A stretch of DNA of 64,000 nt from a virus. The position numbers and the translations under genes were made by a program. The stretch spans positions 1 through 64,000 of IMG/VR virus record IMGVR_UViG_3300010938_000006; one strand, written 5' to 3'. The notes below the pieces were generated by a model, which searched no databases, was not told where the DNA came from, and was given only the letters and a program-made list of their open reading frames with translations. Shown here piece by piece: positions 1-9,338 of this stretch. Positions within the stretch are counted from its first letter, which is position 1, and each line of letters opens with the position of its first letter.

Positions 1-102
1 CCCATTAGCAACTAAAACAGCCAAGAAAGCAACAACAACCATAGTTAAGCTGACGCTTTTATCATTCGTTTCTTTATTAATCCATAGTTTATTTAAATCC
101 AT
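1..102 (-). CDS. membrane protein, N-terminal part only (gene runs off the window start)
   Basis: ATG at 102..100 preceded by an AAGGAG SD. Translation MDLNKLWINKETNDKSVSLTMVVVAFLAVLVANG contains a TM helix. No stop before position 1. Confidence 0.5.
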   Translation of the reverse strand, partial: MDLNKLWINKETNDKSVSLTMVVVAFLAVLVANG

Positions 103-111
103 GTTATCTCC

Positions 112-768
112 TTATTTTTTGATATATTCTTCTAACACTCCAACGTGCGGTTGAATTTCTAATCCGCTAAAATTGTAGTGTTTAATTCCTATTCGTTTAA
201 GAAACCCAATAGCTAAACCTAAAGCATCAAACAAATCACTAGGAGTGTTTCTTTGTCCCTTAGTGATATTACTAGTAACTTTATCAGGAATCTTTACGAA
301 TTCTAAAACTTTATCTTTAGTAGGCTTTTTATAATCGTCGTTTTTCTTTTTTATGCCTAATTCACTTCTCCAAGATTGTACTGGAAAGGTAACAACCTTA
401 GTTCCAATTTCAGAGCCAGCCGCTTTAAGAGCCCCATGAATCTCAGGAGAAACCAAGGAGCCCATTAGTTTCTTAGGATTAATCATGTAAGCTTCAGTGA
501 CAATATAATCAACTTTGTGAATAATGTTAAAATAGTTAACAATCATATCATAAAAGTAGCCGCACTTATCTTGTTGGTTCATCTTATCGTCAAACCAAAT
601 AGCTCCAGCATTAACTATTCGAGCCTTTTTAGTAGCAAAGTTAACCATTACACAGGAGAATCCAGTACAAGTACTACTAATATCTAGAAATAGTATTGTA
701 ACTTCTTCTATTCTTTGAGCTTTTTCATCAAGCTCATTCATTAAACTCTTTAAGTCTTTTTGTGACAT
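112..768 (-). CDS. RuvC-like Holliday junction resolvase
   Basis: ILFLDISSTCTGFS (N-terminal catalytic Asp), YIVTEAY (Glu) and C-terminal SDLFDALGLAIGF match the RuvC fold pattern. Confidence 0.7.
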   Translation of the reverse strand: MSQKDLKSLMNELDEKAQRIEEVTILFLDISSTCTGFSCVMVNFATKKARIVNAGAIWFDDKMNQQDKCGYFYDMIVNYFNIIHKVDYIVTEAYMINPKKLMGSLVSPEIHGALKAAGSEIGTKVVTFPVQSWRSELGIKKKNDDYKKPTKDKVLEFVKIPDKVTSNITKGQRNTPSDLFDALGLAIGFLKRIGIKHYNFSGLEIQPHVGVLEEYIKK

Positions 769-1034
769 TAATTAACCTTCTTATAAACTTGTTCTATAAA
801 AAACCTAGGATACCAGGCTTGTACTTTTCTTTCTGTACACTCAACTAAATAATATACTGATAATCCTTCAGCTTCCAATTGTTTAACTTCAATTTTAGTG
901 GCAAAAATATCAGAACCTAAAGCACTATCACTGTCAAACTCTAATACATCTCCAATACTAAACTTTGGGGAGTTTTGAGTTTCTTCGTTCTGCTCTAGCT
1001 TTTTCTCGTTTTTCTCTGTGCTTTCTGAGTTCAT
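768..1034 (-). CDS. hypothetical small protein (FSIGDVLEF SH3-like strand)
   Basis: 88-aa ORF whose stop/start overlaps its neighbours. Has the GD-hydrophobic motif shared with the LLY-tail family. Confidence 0.5.
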   Translation of the reverse strand: MNSESTEKNEKKLEQNEETQNSPKFSIGDVLEFDSDSALGSDIFATKIEVKQLEAEGLSVYYLVECTERKVQAWYPRFFIEQVYKKVN

Positions 1035-1419
1035 TATAATGACCTATTCTTTGTTCAATCATTTTAGCCATATCAGTATCATTTTTGATATCGGCATCTT
1101 TATATACATAGGCTTTTTTTAAAGCTTCTATGTAGTCTCTTTGTTCGTCATTTTCAGCAAATTGTATAAGATCTTCAGTTTCCTTTAGAACTTTATCATA
1201 TTCTTCTTTTGAAGTAAAGACTATTTTTTCATTTATAACTTTTTTTAGCTTTTTGATACCTTGTAGATACAACTCTTGTTGTCTATTAATTACTATTCTA
1301 GGCACATTTAATTGTTGTACAGTAATTTTACGCTCTATCTTTCTATCTCTCCATAGAAGATATTCAAAATATAAATTACCTAACCAACTTGTATAGAATA
1401 GCTTCTTTAGTTTATTCAT
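958..1419 (-). CDS. hypothetical protein
   Basis: ORF track. Likely start is ATG 1419, in an ATGA overlap with the phoH stop. Confidence 0.5.
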   Translation of the reverse strand: MNKLKKLFYTSWLGNLYFEYLLWRDRKIERKITVQQLNVPRIVINRQQELYLQGIKKLKKVINEKIVFTSKEEYDKVLKETEDLIQFAENDEQRDYIEALKKAYVYKDADIKNDTDMAKMIEQRIGHYNELRKHREKREKARAERRNSKLPKV

Positions 1420-2234
1420 AGGTTTTCTACCGCCCAATGAGCTAAGTCACTACGCAAGCTTTTACGCATAGTTATGTGACCAATTAAAGGAGAATCTTTA
1501 CCTTTTTCTACTATAGCTTCTAAGCCAGTAGTATTAATCTTTTCAAATACTTGACTAGGATCTCCTAAAATAATAACTTTCGTTCCTTCTCCAGCACGAG
1601 AAATAATCTGTTTTAAGATATTAGCTTCTAGATTCTGGGCTTCATCAATAATAATCACAGAATTACTAATAGAACGACCTTGAATAAAGGTAATAGGAGT
1701 TATTTCCAATTCATCATCTTGAATCATTTTTTCCATTTGATAGTATGGAATATCGCAATGAATGAAATTATCTTTAAATGGTCCTAACCAAGGCATCATC
1801 TTATCATTCATTGTGCCTTTAAGATATCCGATGTCTCTTCCTACAGGAGTTAAACTCTTAGCTATAACTATTTTAGCTATGTTATTCTTCTTATGCTGAT
1901 GAATAGCATACGCACAAGCTAGTAATGTTTTACCACTGCCAGCGGCTCCTAGAATAGTTACTAGTTTTATTGAATCGTCTCTAAGCAATTCTAAAGCTAT
2001 GGTTTGCTCAGTATTTTTAGGATAAATGTTGCACGGGCTATTAGAAGTGATTCTAACTATATAATCCCCCTTAACGATTCCATGTTCTTTGCAATCGTCT
2101 CCCTTTAACACTACTCCCATATTAGAATAGAACTTACACTTCTTATTTAAAGATTTTATCTCAATCTTTCCATCAGCATACCAAGCATTCCAATCGTGGA
2201 ACTCTATAACTTTAATTCCGCTATATTTTTCCAT
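1416..2234 (-). CDS. phoH: PhoH-like ATPase
   Basis: Walker A GAAGSGKT, Walker B IIIDEAQN, PhoH-like length and order. Confidence 0.85.
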   Translation of the reverse strand: MEKYSGIKVIEFHDWNAWYADGKIEIKSLNKKCKFYSNMGVVLKGDDCKEHGIVKGDYIVRITSNSPCNIYPKNTEQTIALELLRDDSIKLVTILGAAGSGKTLLACAYAIHQHKKNNIAKIVIAKSLTPVGRDIGYLKGTMNDKMMPWLGPFKDNFIHCDIPYYQMEKMIQDDELEITPITFIQGRSISNSVIIIDEAQNLEANILKQIISRAGEGTKVIILGDPSQVFEKINTTGLEAIVEKGKDSPLIGHITMRKSLRSDLAHWAVENL

Positions 2235-2520
2235 TTTTATCTTTATTTAGGTACTTGTGAAGAGTTTTAGCTGACATTACAAATACTTCTAGAAGATCAG
2301 AATAATACATTCTTTCTTCTTCTTTTTTCATGAAGTCAACCATTTGCTGCTTTCCAAATTTAATCATACGAGCAGCCATGCGCTTCTTTTCTTTACAAAT
2401 ATGGCAATCACACTTACCAGTTTCCATTTTCCTATCATAACAGGCTTGGAAACGTTCTTGATAAGATTTATGATCTTTTTTTAAAGGAAGGCCAGTATAA
2501 AAATCTATGATTTTTGACAT
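2221..2520 (-). CDS. hypothetical protein (CDCHIC motif)
   Basis: 99-aa ORF overlapping its neighbours in operon fashion. Confidence 0.5.
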   Translation of the reverse strand: MSKIIDFYTGLPLKKDHKSYQERFQACYDRKMETGKCDCHICKEKKRMAARMIKFGKQQMVDFMKKEEERMYYSDLLEVFVMSAKTLHKYLNKDKNGKI

Positions 2521-2741
2521 AATTGTGATTCCTCATTGTCCAACTTTTTTTTTAATCTGATAGCAATTTTAAAGGATTTTCCACAACCAGTATTCACTAT
2601 TTTGCCAAATTTTCTAACTAAATGCGGCTTAATTCTACGTTTGACACAGTAAGCCCCACTTGAAGTTCGATTTTTGAAATCTAACTCTATGACTATATTA
2701 GCGAAACTGTTGCAGTGCGGACAACTAATCTTGTTAAGCAT
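2505..2741 (-). CDS. hypothetical zinc-ribbon protein
   Basis: CPHC ... CGKS cysteine pairs in a 78-aa ORF. Confidence 0.45.
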   Translation of the reverse strand: MLNKISCPHCNSFANIVIELDFKNRTSSGAYCVKRRIKPHLVRKFGKIVNTGCGKSFKIAIRLKKKLDNEESQLCQKS

Positions 2742-3188
2742 TTAAGCTCCAGTTGAACCGTATCCATTCGTACCACGTTCTGATTCGGCCAACTCTGACG
2801 TTTCTTCTATTTCCACAGTTGGAAAAGGCATTACGATAAGTTGGCCCACCCTATCACCAACATTATATTCCATATCTTCATTATTATCATCATAACGAAA
2901 ACGAAAGCTAACTTCTCCACGATATCCAGAATCTATCACTCCAACGGAATTAGCTAAAGTGTGTGATGTCTTGCTTATACTAGAACGAGGAAAAATCAGT
3001 CCAACATAACCTTCAGGAATCTCAAAGGATAGCCCTGTCCCAAATTCAATATACTTATAGTCTCTATTTCTATATACATCAATAGCGGTTAGATCCATTC
3101 CAGCGTCCCCAGGCTTAGAATAAGAAGGGAGAACGGCATTAACTGCTAGTTTCTTTACTTTAACTTTAATCGGATTTTTTGGGTGCAT
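2742..3188 (-). CDS. dut: dUTP diphosphatase
   Basis: dUTPase motifs GDAGMDL, GVIDSGYRGE, ERGTNGYGSTG. Confidence 0.9.
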   Translation of the reverse strand: MHPKNPIKVKVKKLAVNAVLPSYSKPGDAGMDLTAIDVYRNRDYKYIEFGTGLSFEIPEGYVGLIFPRSSISKTSHTLANSVGVIDSGYRGEVSFRFRYDDNNEDMEYNVGDRVGQLIVMPFPTVEIEETSELAESERGTNGYGSTGA

Positions 3189-3432
3189 AGATCATACCTA
3201 GATTTTCTTTCAGTTTATTTTGGGTATTCTGCTTCAATTCTTTTGGAGCAGAGGTCTGCATAGTCATCATATGAGCTATAGCCTTAAGTTTACTAAACTT
3301 TCGACCAGCCTCAGTATCAAACTTAATATGGAGGTCAACTCCAAAAAGGACAATTTTATCACCCATTTTGACCAACAGATGACCGCCAACTAAAAAGATA
3401 TTTCCTATAAAATTCTTTATTTTCATAATCAT
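3166..3432 (-). CDS. hypothetical protein
   Basis: 88-aa ORF in operon context. Confidence 0.45.
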   Translation of the reverse strand: MIMKIKNFIGNIFLVGGHLLVKMGDKIVLFGVDLHIKFDTEAGRKFSKLKAIAHMMTMQTSAPKELKQNTQNKLKENLGMIYAPKKSD

Positions 3433-3464
3433 ATTATACCACTCTTTAAAAAGAATAACCAGAT

Positions 3465-4400
3465 TTATTCTTGTTCTTCATCGCCTTCTAATAAATCGAA
3501 ATCCTCTCCCCATTGATCTTTATGCGTATTTTTGTATTCTTGTATAGCATCTTTATCATTGGGAATGATAGCGTCCGCAGTAATAACAAATTCTCCAGAA
3601 TTAGTAGTATTTGAAATATGATTCTTATCTACTTGAATTTTTGAGATAATTCCGAATCCCATTTTCTGACCATTTACCGTAGCATACAACTTCTGTCTGC
3701 GAGAAGTTTTTATTACTAAGCTACTTCGGAACCAAATAGCATTACCGCCATAAGGAACCGTAGTGAAAGGTCCACCAGGAAACTGAGGAGGTTGAACATA
3801 AGCTTGGTTTAAAATAACTAATCCTACAGATTTAGGATACGAAATTTTCCGAGTATCGTTTATCTTTTTAGAGATAACCCGCATACGTTCTGAAATAACT
3901 TTAGCAGCTTTCATCATAGTGGACTTCTTTTCCCAAGTCCCGTCTTTTTGAACTTCTATTTCATCTTTACTTAGCGTATTGCCAACACTATCCCACATAA
4001 TAAGAACGTCAGTAGGTAAATCTCCCATACTAACGTCAGAGGTAATCTTATCAATAAAAGCAAAGGCATCTTCAAGAAAATCTAAACCTTCTTGGACAAT
4101 GGCACTATCTTTATCAAAATTCATTTGCTTAGCTCTATCCCAATCTACTTTTCCTTCTGTTATAATCATAACAGGCATAATACCCATCTTTTGGGCCTGA
4201 GCGGCGGCATGAAACATTAAACTGGTTTTTCCAGTATCACTTAGCCCATAGATTTGAGTAATATGACCTAGAGGTAATCCATGTATCCCAATAACTTGTT
4301 TTAAGCAATCATCTAATTCTACAAATACGTCTTGTTTTAGCGGAGTATCTGCTACTTTAATACTTTTTTTGTACGCATCTAAATCAAATTTCTTAGCCAT
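3465..4400 (-). CDS. RecA-fold recombination ATPase (UvsX/Sak4-like)
   Basis: Walker A GLSDTGKTS, Walker B LIMWDSVG, RecA-like core length. Confidence 0.6.
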   Translation of the reverse strand: MAKKFDLDAYKKSIKVADTPLKQDVFVELDDCLKQVIGIHGLPLGHITQIYGLSDTGKTSLMFHAAAQAQKMGIMPVMIITEGKVDWDRAKQMNFDKDSAIVQEGLDFLEDAFAFIDKITSDVSMGDLPTDVLIMWDSVGNTLSKDEIEVQKDGTWEKKSTMMKAAKVISERMRVISKKINDTRKISYPKSVGLVILNQAYVQPPQFPGGPFTTVPYGGNAIWFRSSLVIKTSRRQKLYATVNGQKMGFGIISKIQVDKNHISNTTNSGEFVITADAIIPNDKDAIQEYKNTHKDQWGEDFDLLEGDEEQE

Positions 4401-4409
4401 ACTAACCTC

Positions 4410-4700
4410 TTACCAAAAATGAACTATATTTTTTAATTCTTTGGGTTTATCAATTTTTACAATTTTAGGAAAATTGTCTAATTTTTCATCTAAATATATA
4501 GCTTTGTACCATGATTGAGTACCACTAAGAGAACAAACTTCCTTATATGCTTCTTCTACAACAGCATATTTATAATATCCGTGTTCAAACAAATCTGTCC
4601 AATTTTCTAATACGCATTTTTCTGCTGTTTCAAAATCAGAATACCATCCCCAAGTTCTACAACCTTTTGGACGAGTTATAGATTTCATACATACGACCAT
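4410..4700 (-). CDS. hypothetical protein
   Basis: 96-aa ORF. Confidence 0.5.
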   Translation of the reverse strand: MVVCMKSITRPKGCRTWGWYSDFETAEKCVLENWTDLFEHGYYKYAVVEEAYKEVCSLSGTQSWYKAIYLDEKLDNFPKIVKIDKPKELKNIVHFW

Positions 4701-4720
4701 GCATACTTTTTTTACGTTCT

Positions 4721-5143
4721 TTATCGCTCATAAGAATCTATTAGAAAATTATTATAGATGTATAAGTATCCAGGAACAAAGTTTTTTGGTTTTTCCGTTA
4801 TGGTTAAAGATGACGGAGCCAACTCAAAGCTAAAATATATTTCTTGTCTTTTAGCCATTTTTTTAGATATCCCATTAAATATATTTAGCCATTCTATCGT
4901 ATACAATCTTAACTTATTTAAGTCTTCTTCGCAAATACAAAATGCAGTAACATTTAAAGTTTTGCCTTTTGGAAGATTAAAAGATTTCTTATTTGAAGAC
5001 TTGTATAGAAGTTTTCCTATTGGAAGTAATTCATCTGTTGCCCAACTGTAAAACTTTTCATAAGGAGAATTCATTTTACTAGTGCCTCTAAATTTAGACA
5101 TTCTAGGAAGTTTAATAATCTTATGTATTTTCTGTCTAGCCAA
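4721..5143 (-). CDS. hypothetical protein
   Basis: 140-aa ORF. The track start is TTG, so the true start may be an internal ATG. Confidence 0.45.
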   Translation of the reverse strand: MARQKIHKIIKLPRMSKFRGTSKMNSPYEKFYSWATDELLPIGKLLYKSSNKKSFNLPKGKTLNVTAFCICEEDLNKLRLYTIEWLNIFNGISKKMAKRQEIYFSFELAPSSLTITEKPKNFVPGYLYIYNNFLIDSYER

Positions 5144-5483
5144 GCTTTTGTCCTATAGATTTACGTGCAGACTTTCCACCAGTAGCCAAAACAAGTAAGT
5201 ATCCTATACGAAATTCGTTAATATCATAGGCATCGGTTCTAGAAGAACGAAATTTCTTCATATATGCTCGAATAGAGTAAATTCCATAAGCTCGTTCTAG
5301 TCTACATCCTAAAGACCGATGACCTCGTTTATCGCTACTTTTTAGATAAGTAATTACTTAGTTAACGGTTAACACTCAATTGTTTTTAACTGAGTTTTTT
5401 ACTCGTCTCTTAACTAAATTAGTATTCGTTGTATTAATAAACGTTACCAAATCTCGGTAGAGTTGTTCGCTTTTAGTAATCAT
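5136..5483 (-). pseudogene. 115-codon reading frame with two internal stops (TGA 5376-5378, TAA 5358-5360)
   Basis: ATG 5483 sits in an ATGA overlap with the upstream stop. The frame stays open to TAG 5136 apart from the two stops, which flank the palindrome GTTAACGGTTAAC. It could also be two mini-ORFs. Confidence 0.35.
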
Positions 5484-5791
5484 ACTTCCTCTTTATTATA
5501 TAGTAAATCTGCTGATCGGCCATCATAAGGTATATTATGGATGTTCTTAAATGCATAAGTGCCAGTAATTTCTTCTTCAGAATCCTCTTTGTAAGCATTA
5601 ACTGATCCATTTATATCAGACACTAACTTATAACAAATAGCAGTGGGAGTATCTAAAAATGTTACATCTATAATAGATCCCTTTTTCTGATTAAAATAAA
5701 AATGGGTCACTTTAACTTTAACATTGGTTCCACGTATGTAAGCTTGTTTATTTAGAATTTCGTGAGGGTGTTTCATTTTTATATAGCTCAA
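5480..5791 (-). CDS. hypothetical protein
   Basis: 103-aa ORF. Confidence 0.5.
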   Translation of the reverse strand: MSYIKMKHPHEILNKQAYIRGTNVKVKVTHFYFNQKKGSIIDVTFLDTPTAICYKLVSDINGSVNAYKEDSEEEITGTYAFKNIHNIPYDGRSADLLYNKEEV

Positions 5792-6326
5792 ATAAGCTCT
5801 TCTTCATTCTACCTTGAGGAGTAATTCCTAAAGAAGAAAGTTTTTGTTCGTACTCTTTTAATATACCAAAAACTTGTTCAGTTGTAAAGTTGTTTACTTT
5901 ATCTTCTAAAAATTCAATTTCTAAATATCGAGCTTGTTCTTTTAATTCTGGATCATATACAATATAGTACACAATATCTACATTTTGATAGTAATAAATA
6001 AAACAATACTTAAAGATTTTAAAGTTTTGTTTGTATCCTTCTAAAGCTACAAAAGATTCGACTAAGCTTTCATCACTAGGTCTTAGTGGTAAATTTATTT
6101 CAATGCGATCTTGATTATTAGATTCAGTTGTTTTTCTTTTTATTGTAAGTTCTGGCTTTTCTTTACTATTTCTATACCTTATAAAATTACTTTCTTTATT
6201 AATATAGTATGTATCCCAACTAGATACTTCTAAATGTCGTAGTGGATTCAAAGTCTTAGCGACTTTATGAAAGTCACTCAACTTAATATCATTAGCATTG
6301 AATTTAAATTCGTATTCTTTATTCAT
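5748..6326 (-). CDS. CYTH-like (triphosphate tunnel metalloenzyme) domain protein
   Basis: N-terminal EYEFKF (ExExK signature) followed by alternating charged strands ELTIKRK and RIEINL. Confidence 0.45.
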   Translation of the reverse strand: MNKEYEFKFNANDIKLSDFHKVAKTLNPLRHLEVSSWDTYYINKESNFIRYRNSKEKPELTIKRKTTESNNQDRIEINLPLRPSDESLVESFVALEGYKQNFKIFKYCFIYYYQNVDIVYYIVYDPELKEQARYLEIEFLEDKVNNFTTEQVFGILKEYEQKLSSLGITPQGRMKKSLFELYKNETPSRNSK

Positions 6327-6543
6327 ACAGCATTTTAATTATAGCAGCATTGCCTTTTGTGATCAATATATATTTATCTAAATTACAAAAATCAGTTTTA
6401 TGGTAGAATCATTTATCGTAATTGAAGTCTTTGCAACGATAATAATAAGATTCATCAATTATATCTAAAATTTGTATTACAATAGATCCAGAAATTAAGC
6501 AATCATTTTTGTTAAACTTAGGGGCGTAAGCCTCTTTTTTCAT
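6319..6543 (-). pseudogene. LLY-tail family small ORF interrupted by in-frame TGA (6409-6411)
   Basis: ATG 6543. Reads MKKEAYAPKFNKNDCLISGS...NYDK*FYHK...AAIIKMLYE. The final TATGAATAA overlaps the start of the next gene. Confidence 0.55.
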
Positions 6544-7045
6544 ATAACACTCTCAAATAGTAGTCAATATTTTGTTCGGTGGGAGGTCTAGAACGAAGTA
6601 GAGGGTCCATTAAATCTCCTTGGTCCTCAATTTCTTTATCTACATGCGAAACATTATAACAGTGTAATAGTTCATGTAAAAGAACTATACGAATTTCATA
6701 GTCCTTAAGACTATCTGATAATTCTATATAACAGTACAAAGGATTGACATAGGAAGATCCTAATCGTACATAATCGTCAACATCTTGTGAAGAATCTACA
6801 ATATTTACAACAATAGGTCTTAATCCAAAGGTAAAACTAAATAATTTGCCATCTAACCTTTTATTGAATTCTGCAGCGTATTCTAAGGTTTTCATTCCTT
6901 CATAGTTATTGTCTAATACAGTAAATACTGGAGCGGGCATAAATATATCTCGCTCTCTAAGAATAGTTGATATTCTTATCCCAACGTACAGGTTTATAGC
7001 TATGGTCATTAAAATCATGCTTAAATTTTTAATGAATTTTATCAT
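6518..7045 (-). CDS. membrane-anchored zinc metalloprotease (HExxH)
   Basis: N-terminal TM helix and HELLHCYNVSH zinc-binding motif. Confidence 0.5.
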   Translation of the reverse strand: MIKFIKNLSMILMTIAINLYVGIRISTILRERDIFMPAPVFTVLDNNYEGMKTLEYAAEFNKRLDGKLFSFTFGLRPIVVNIVDSSQDVDDYVRLGSSYVNPLYCYIELSDSLKDYEIRIVLLHELLHCYNVSHVDKEIEDQGDLMDPLLRSRPPTEQNIDYYLRVLYEKRGLRP

Positions 7046-7046
7046 A

Positions 7047-9338
7047 CTATTTTGCTTCTGCCCAATTTCCTGCGGCTTTAGGTTCGGCTACTAGCGGAAC
7101 ACTTAGTTTAACTACATTTTCAGCACGCCTTCGCATAATTTCTTTAACTGTTTCAACAATATCAATAGCGCATTCTACAATGATTTCATCGTGAACTTGT
7201 AAAATAATGTGTGCATCTAAGTTCTTTTCTATAAACTCTTTTTGAATGTTAATCATTGCTCGGTTCACTATATGGGCTGCCAACCCTTGAATTTTAAAAT
7301 TTTTAGAATTATTAAGTAGATTTTTATACTCTCTTCGTTGCTTTAACATTCCTCTTTTTGCGGCCCATTTATAATTTAATAGTTCATCGCCATATAAATT
7401 ATACATCAACTTACATTCTTTAAGATGGCGAATCCTTCCAAATACGGTTCTTACCATTCCGTTATGTTTAGCTTCAAAATCACACGTTTTCATGTATCTG
7501 TGCAAATTAGGATAAGCTAAAAGATACTCACTAACTAGTTTAGCGCCCTCATCTTTATTTATTCCTAGTAGTTCTCCAATTCTATGACCTTCGGCACCAT
7601 ATGCTACTGCCAAAGCCATAGCTTTAAAGATATTTCTAATCTCTGGAAACAGATTTCCCAAAAAGGTTTCTTTATCTTTTTTAAAGGTAGAAACTTCTGG
7701 TCCATATTTTTTAACTTTTTTGGCAATTGAACTATAAAAGTCTTCGTTTTTTTCAAAAATTTCTTGTAAACCTTTATCTCCACTCATATGAGCAAAGCAC
7801 CTAGGCTCCAAACTACTATAATCCATATCTACTAATCGATACCCATCCCTACAAATAAATCCTTTACGAATAGCATTAGTATACTTACGTACTAAGGGTG
7901 AAATGTCAGCATCATCACCTTTAACTCTAGGCAAGTTTTGTAAGTTTGGATTACGACTACTAAATCTTCCTGAGGTTGTTCCAAATTGCAACATACTAGC
8001 GTAAATAATTCCATCTACTTGTCTTTCTAAAATACCTTCAATATAGGTACTGTGAAGTTTATTAAGTTTTTTGAATTCGATAATTTTTACTATCTCTGGA
8101 TATAAATTTTTAATGCTTTCTAAGAATTCATCATCAATCTTAGGTTTTCCAGTTTCAGTTTTTTCTAGTGAGCTTAAATTCCACTCAACACATAGTAATT
8201 GAGCCAAATGATCGTTACTTCTTAAATTGAATACGTTTCTTTGCTCTGGATTTCCTATAAAGAACAATTTTTCTTGTATTTGTCTTGTTACTTTACTATT
8301 AAATGGCGCTTTAGTTCCTGGTTCTGTTATCCAATCATAGAAGGCTTTAAATTGCGGAGTGACCTGTGCTTGCTGCAGTATTGCTTTTTTAGATAAAGTT
8401 ATCTTATTAGTTTTCTTATTAATAGGTAAAGGGATTCCTAAAACATCTGCCGCAGCTTTAGGAAAATTGCCAGTATTTTTTACTGGATAATCTTTATCCA
8501 ATAAACTTTGTTCAAAATCTTGTATATAATTCTTTATTGAAGTAATTACAGAATCTTCTAGTTTATCTATTTCTTTTTGAATAGTAGTACGCAATCTAGA
8601 GAAATACTCTACGTCTACTTTAAAACCCCTTCGCTTCATAGCTATAGTGACCGTTTTATATAATGGCATCACTTCTTCATCGTAAAAGAATTGTCTAAGT
8701 TCTTCTTCGTTTATTTTCTCTTCAAAGATCGTAAATAACATATAAGTAAGCATAACATCCCAACAACAGTACTCTCCTAGTATGTTTGTGTCAGCTTTAT
8801 GCATATCCATATGTTCTTTAGTTGCTCTACCACCATTAGCTTTGATATTTTCAACTAATTTTTCTTTAGCTTTGTCCGCCCACGGTCCTAGATAAGCAAC
8901 AGCTACCTCTTTTAATCCAAAAGGATTTTCTTCATCTAGGCAATGTTTTCCTAAAATAGTATCATGATATAGATAGTCTGCTATTTTAATTCCCCAATGA
9001 TGCTCAAGAACTAAAACGTCATAAATAATATTATGGCCAATAATTTTCTTAGTAGGAATGAAAGATTTTAACCAAGCCAAAATTTCTTGTTGTTGTTGGA
9101 CATCCCAAATTAAATTACCTTCTTTATCTCTCCAAACTAGATAAAAAGCTTTATGATTACTTAAACATAAACCAAGACCGTAAATATTGGCTGATTTTTC
9201 GATTAAAGAATCTGATTCAATATCAAGTACCAAATGTTCGGATTTTATAGCAGAGCAATAAGTCTTAAGTCTCTCAAAAAGAGCCCAATCATTAACTAGA
9301 TAGGTATCAAATTTAGGTTGAATATCAAATTTGTGCAT
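7047..9338 (-). CDS. polA: family A DNA polymerase with 3'-5' exonuclease domain
   Basis: Exo motifs LDIESDS and HNIIYDVLVL. Pol motif A DMDYSSLEPR, motif B FKAMALAVAYG, motif C QVHDEIIVE. Confidence 0.9.
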   Translation of the reverse strand: MHKFDIQPKFDTYLVNDWALFERLKTYCSAIKSEHLVLDIESDSLIEKSANIYGLGLCLSNHKAFYLVWRDKEGNLIWDVQQQQEILAWLKSFIPTKKIIGHNIIYDVLVLEHHWGIKIADYLYHDTILGKHCLDEENPFGLKEVAVAYLGPWADKAKEKLVENIKANGGRATKEHMDMHKADTNILGEYCCWDVMLTYMLFTIFEEKINEEELRQFFYDEEVMPLYKTVTIAMKRRGFKVDVEYFSRLRTTIQKEIDKLEDSVITSIKNYIQDFEQSLLDKDYPVKNTGNFPKAAADVLGIPLPINKKTNKITLSKKAILQQAQVTPQFKAFYDWITEPGTKAPFNSKVTRQIQEKLFFIGNPEQRNVFNLRSNDHLAQLLCVEWNLSSLEKTETGKPKIDDEFLESIKNLYPEIVKIIEFKKLNKLHSTYIEGILERQVDGIIYASMLQFGTTSGRFSSRNPNLQNLPRVKGDDADISPLVRKYTNAIRKGFICRDGYRLVDMDYSSLEPRCFAHMSGDKGLQEIFEKNEDFYSSIAKKVKKYGPEVSTFKKDKETFLGNLFPEIRNIFKAMALAVAYGAEGHRIGELLGINKDEGAKLVSEYLLAYPNLHRYMKTCDFEAKHNGMVRTVFGRIRHLKECKLMYNLYGDELLNYKWAAKRGMLKQRREYKNLLNNSKNFKIQGLAAHIVNRAMINIQKEFIEKNLDAHIILQVHDEIIVECAIDIVETVKEIMRRRAENVVKLSVPLVAEPKAAGNWAEAK

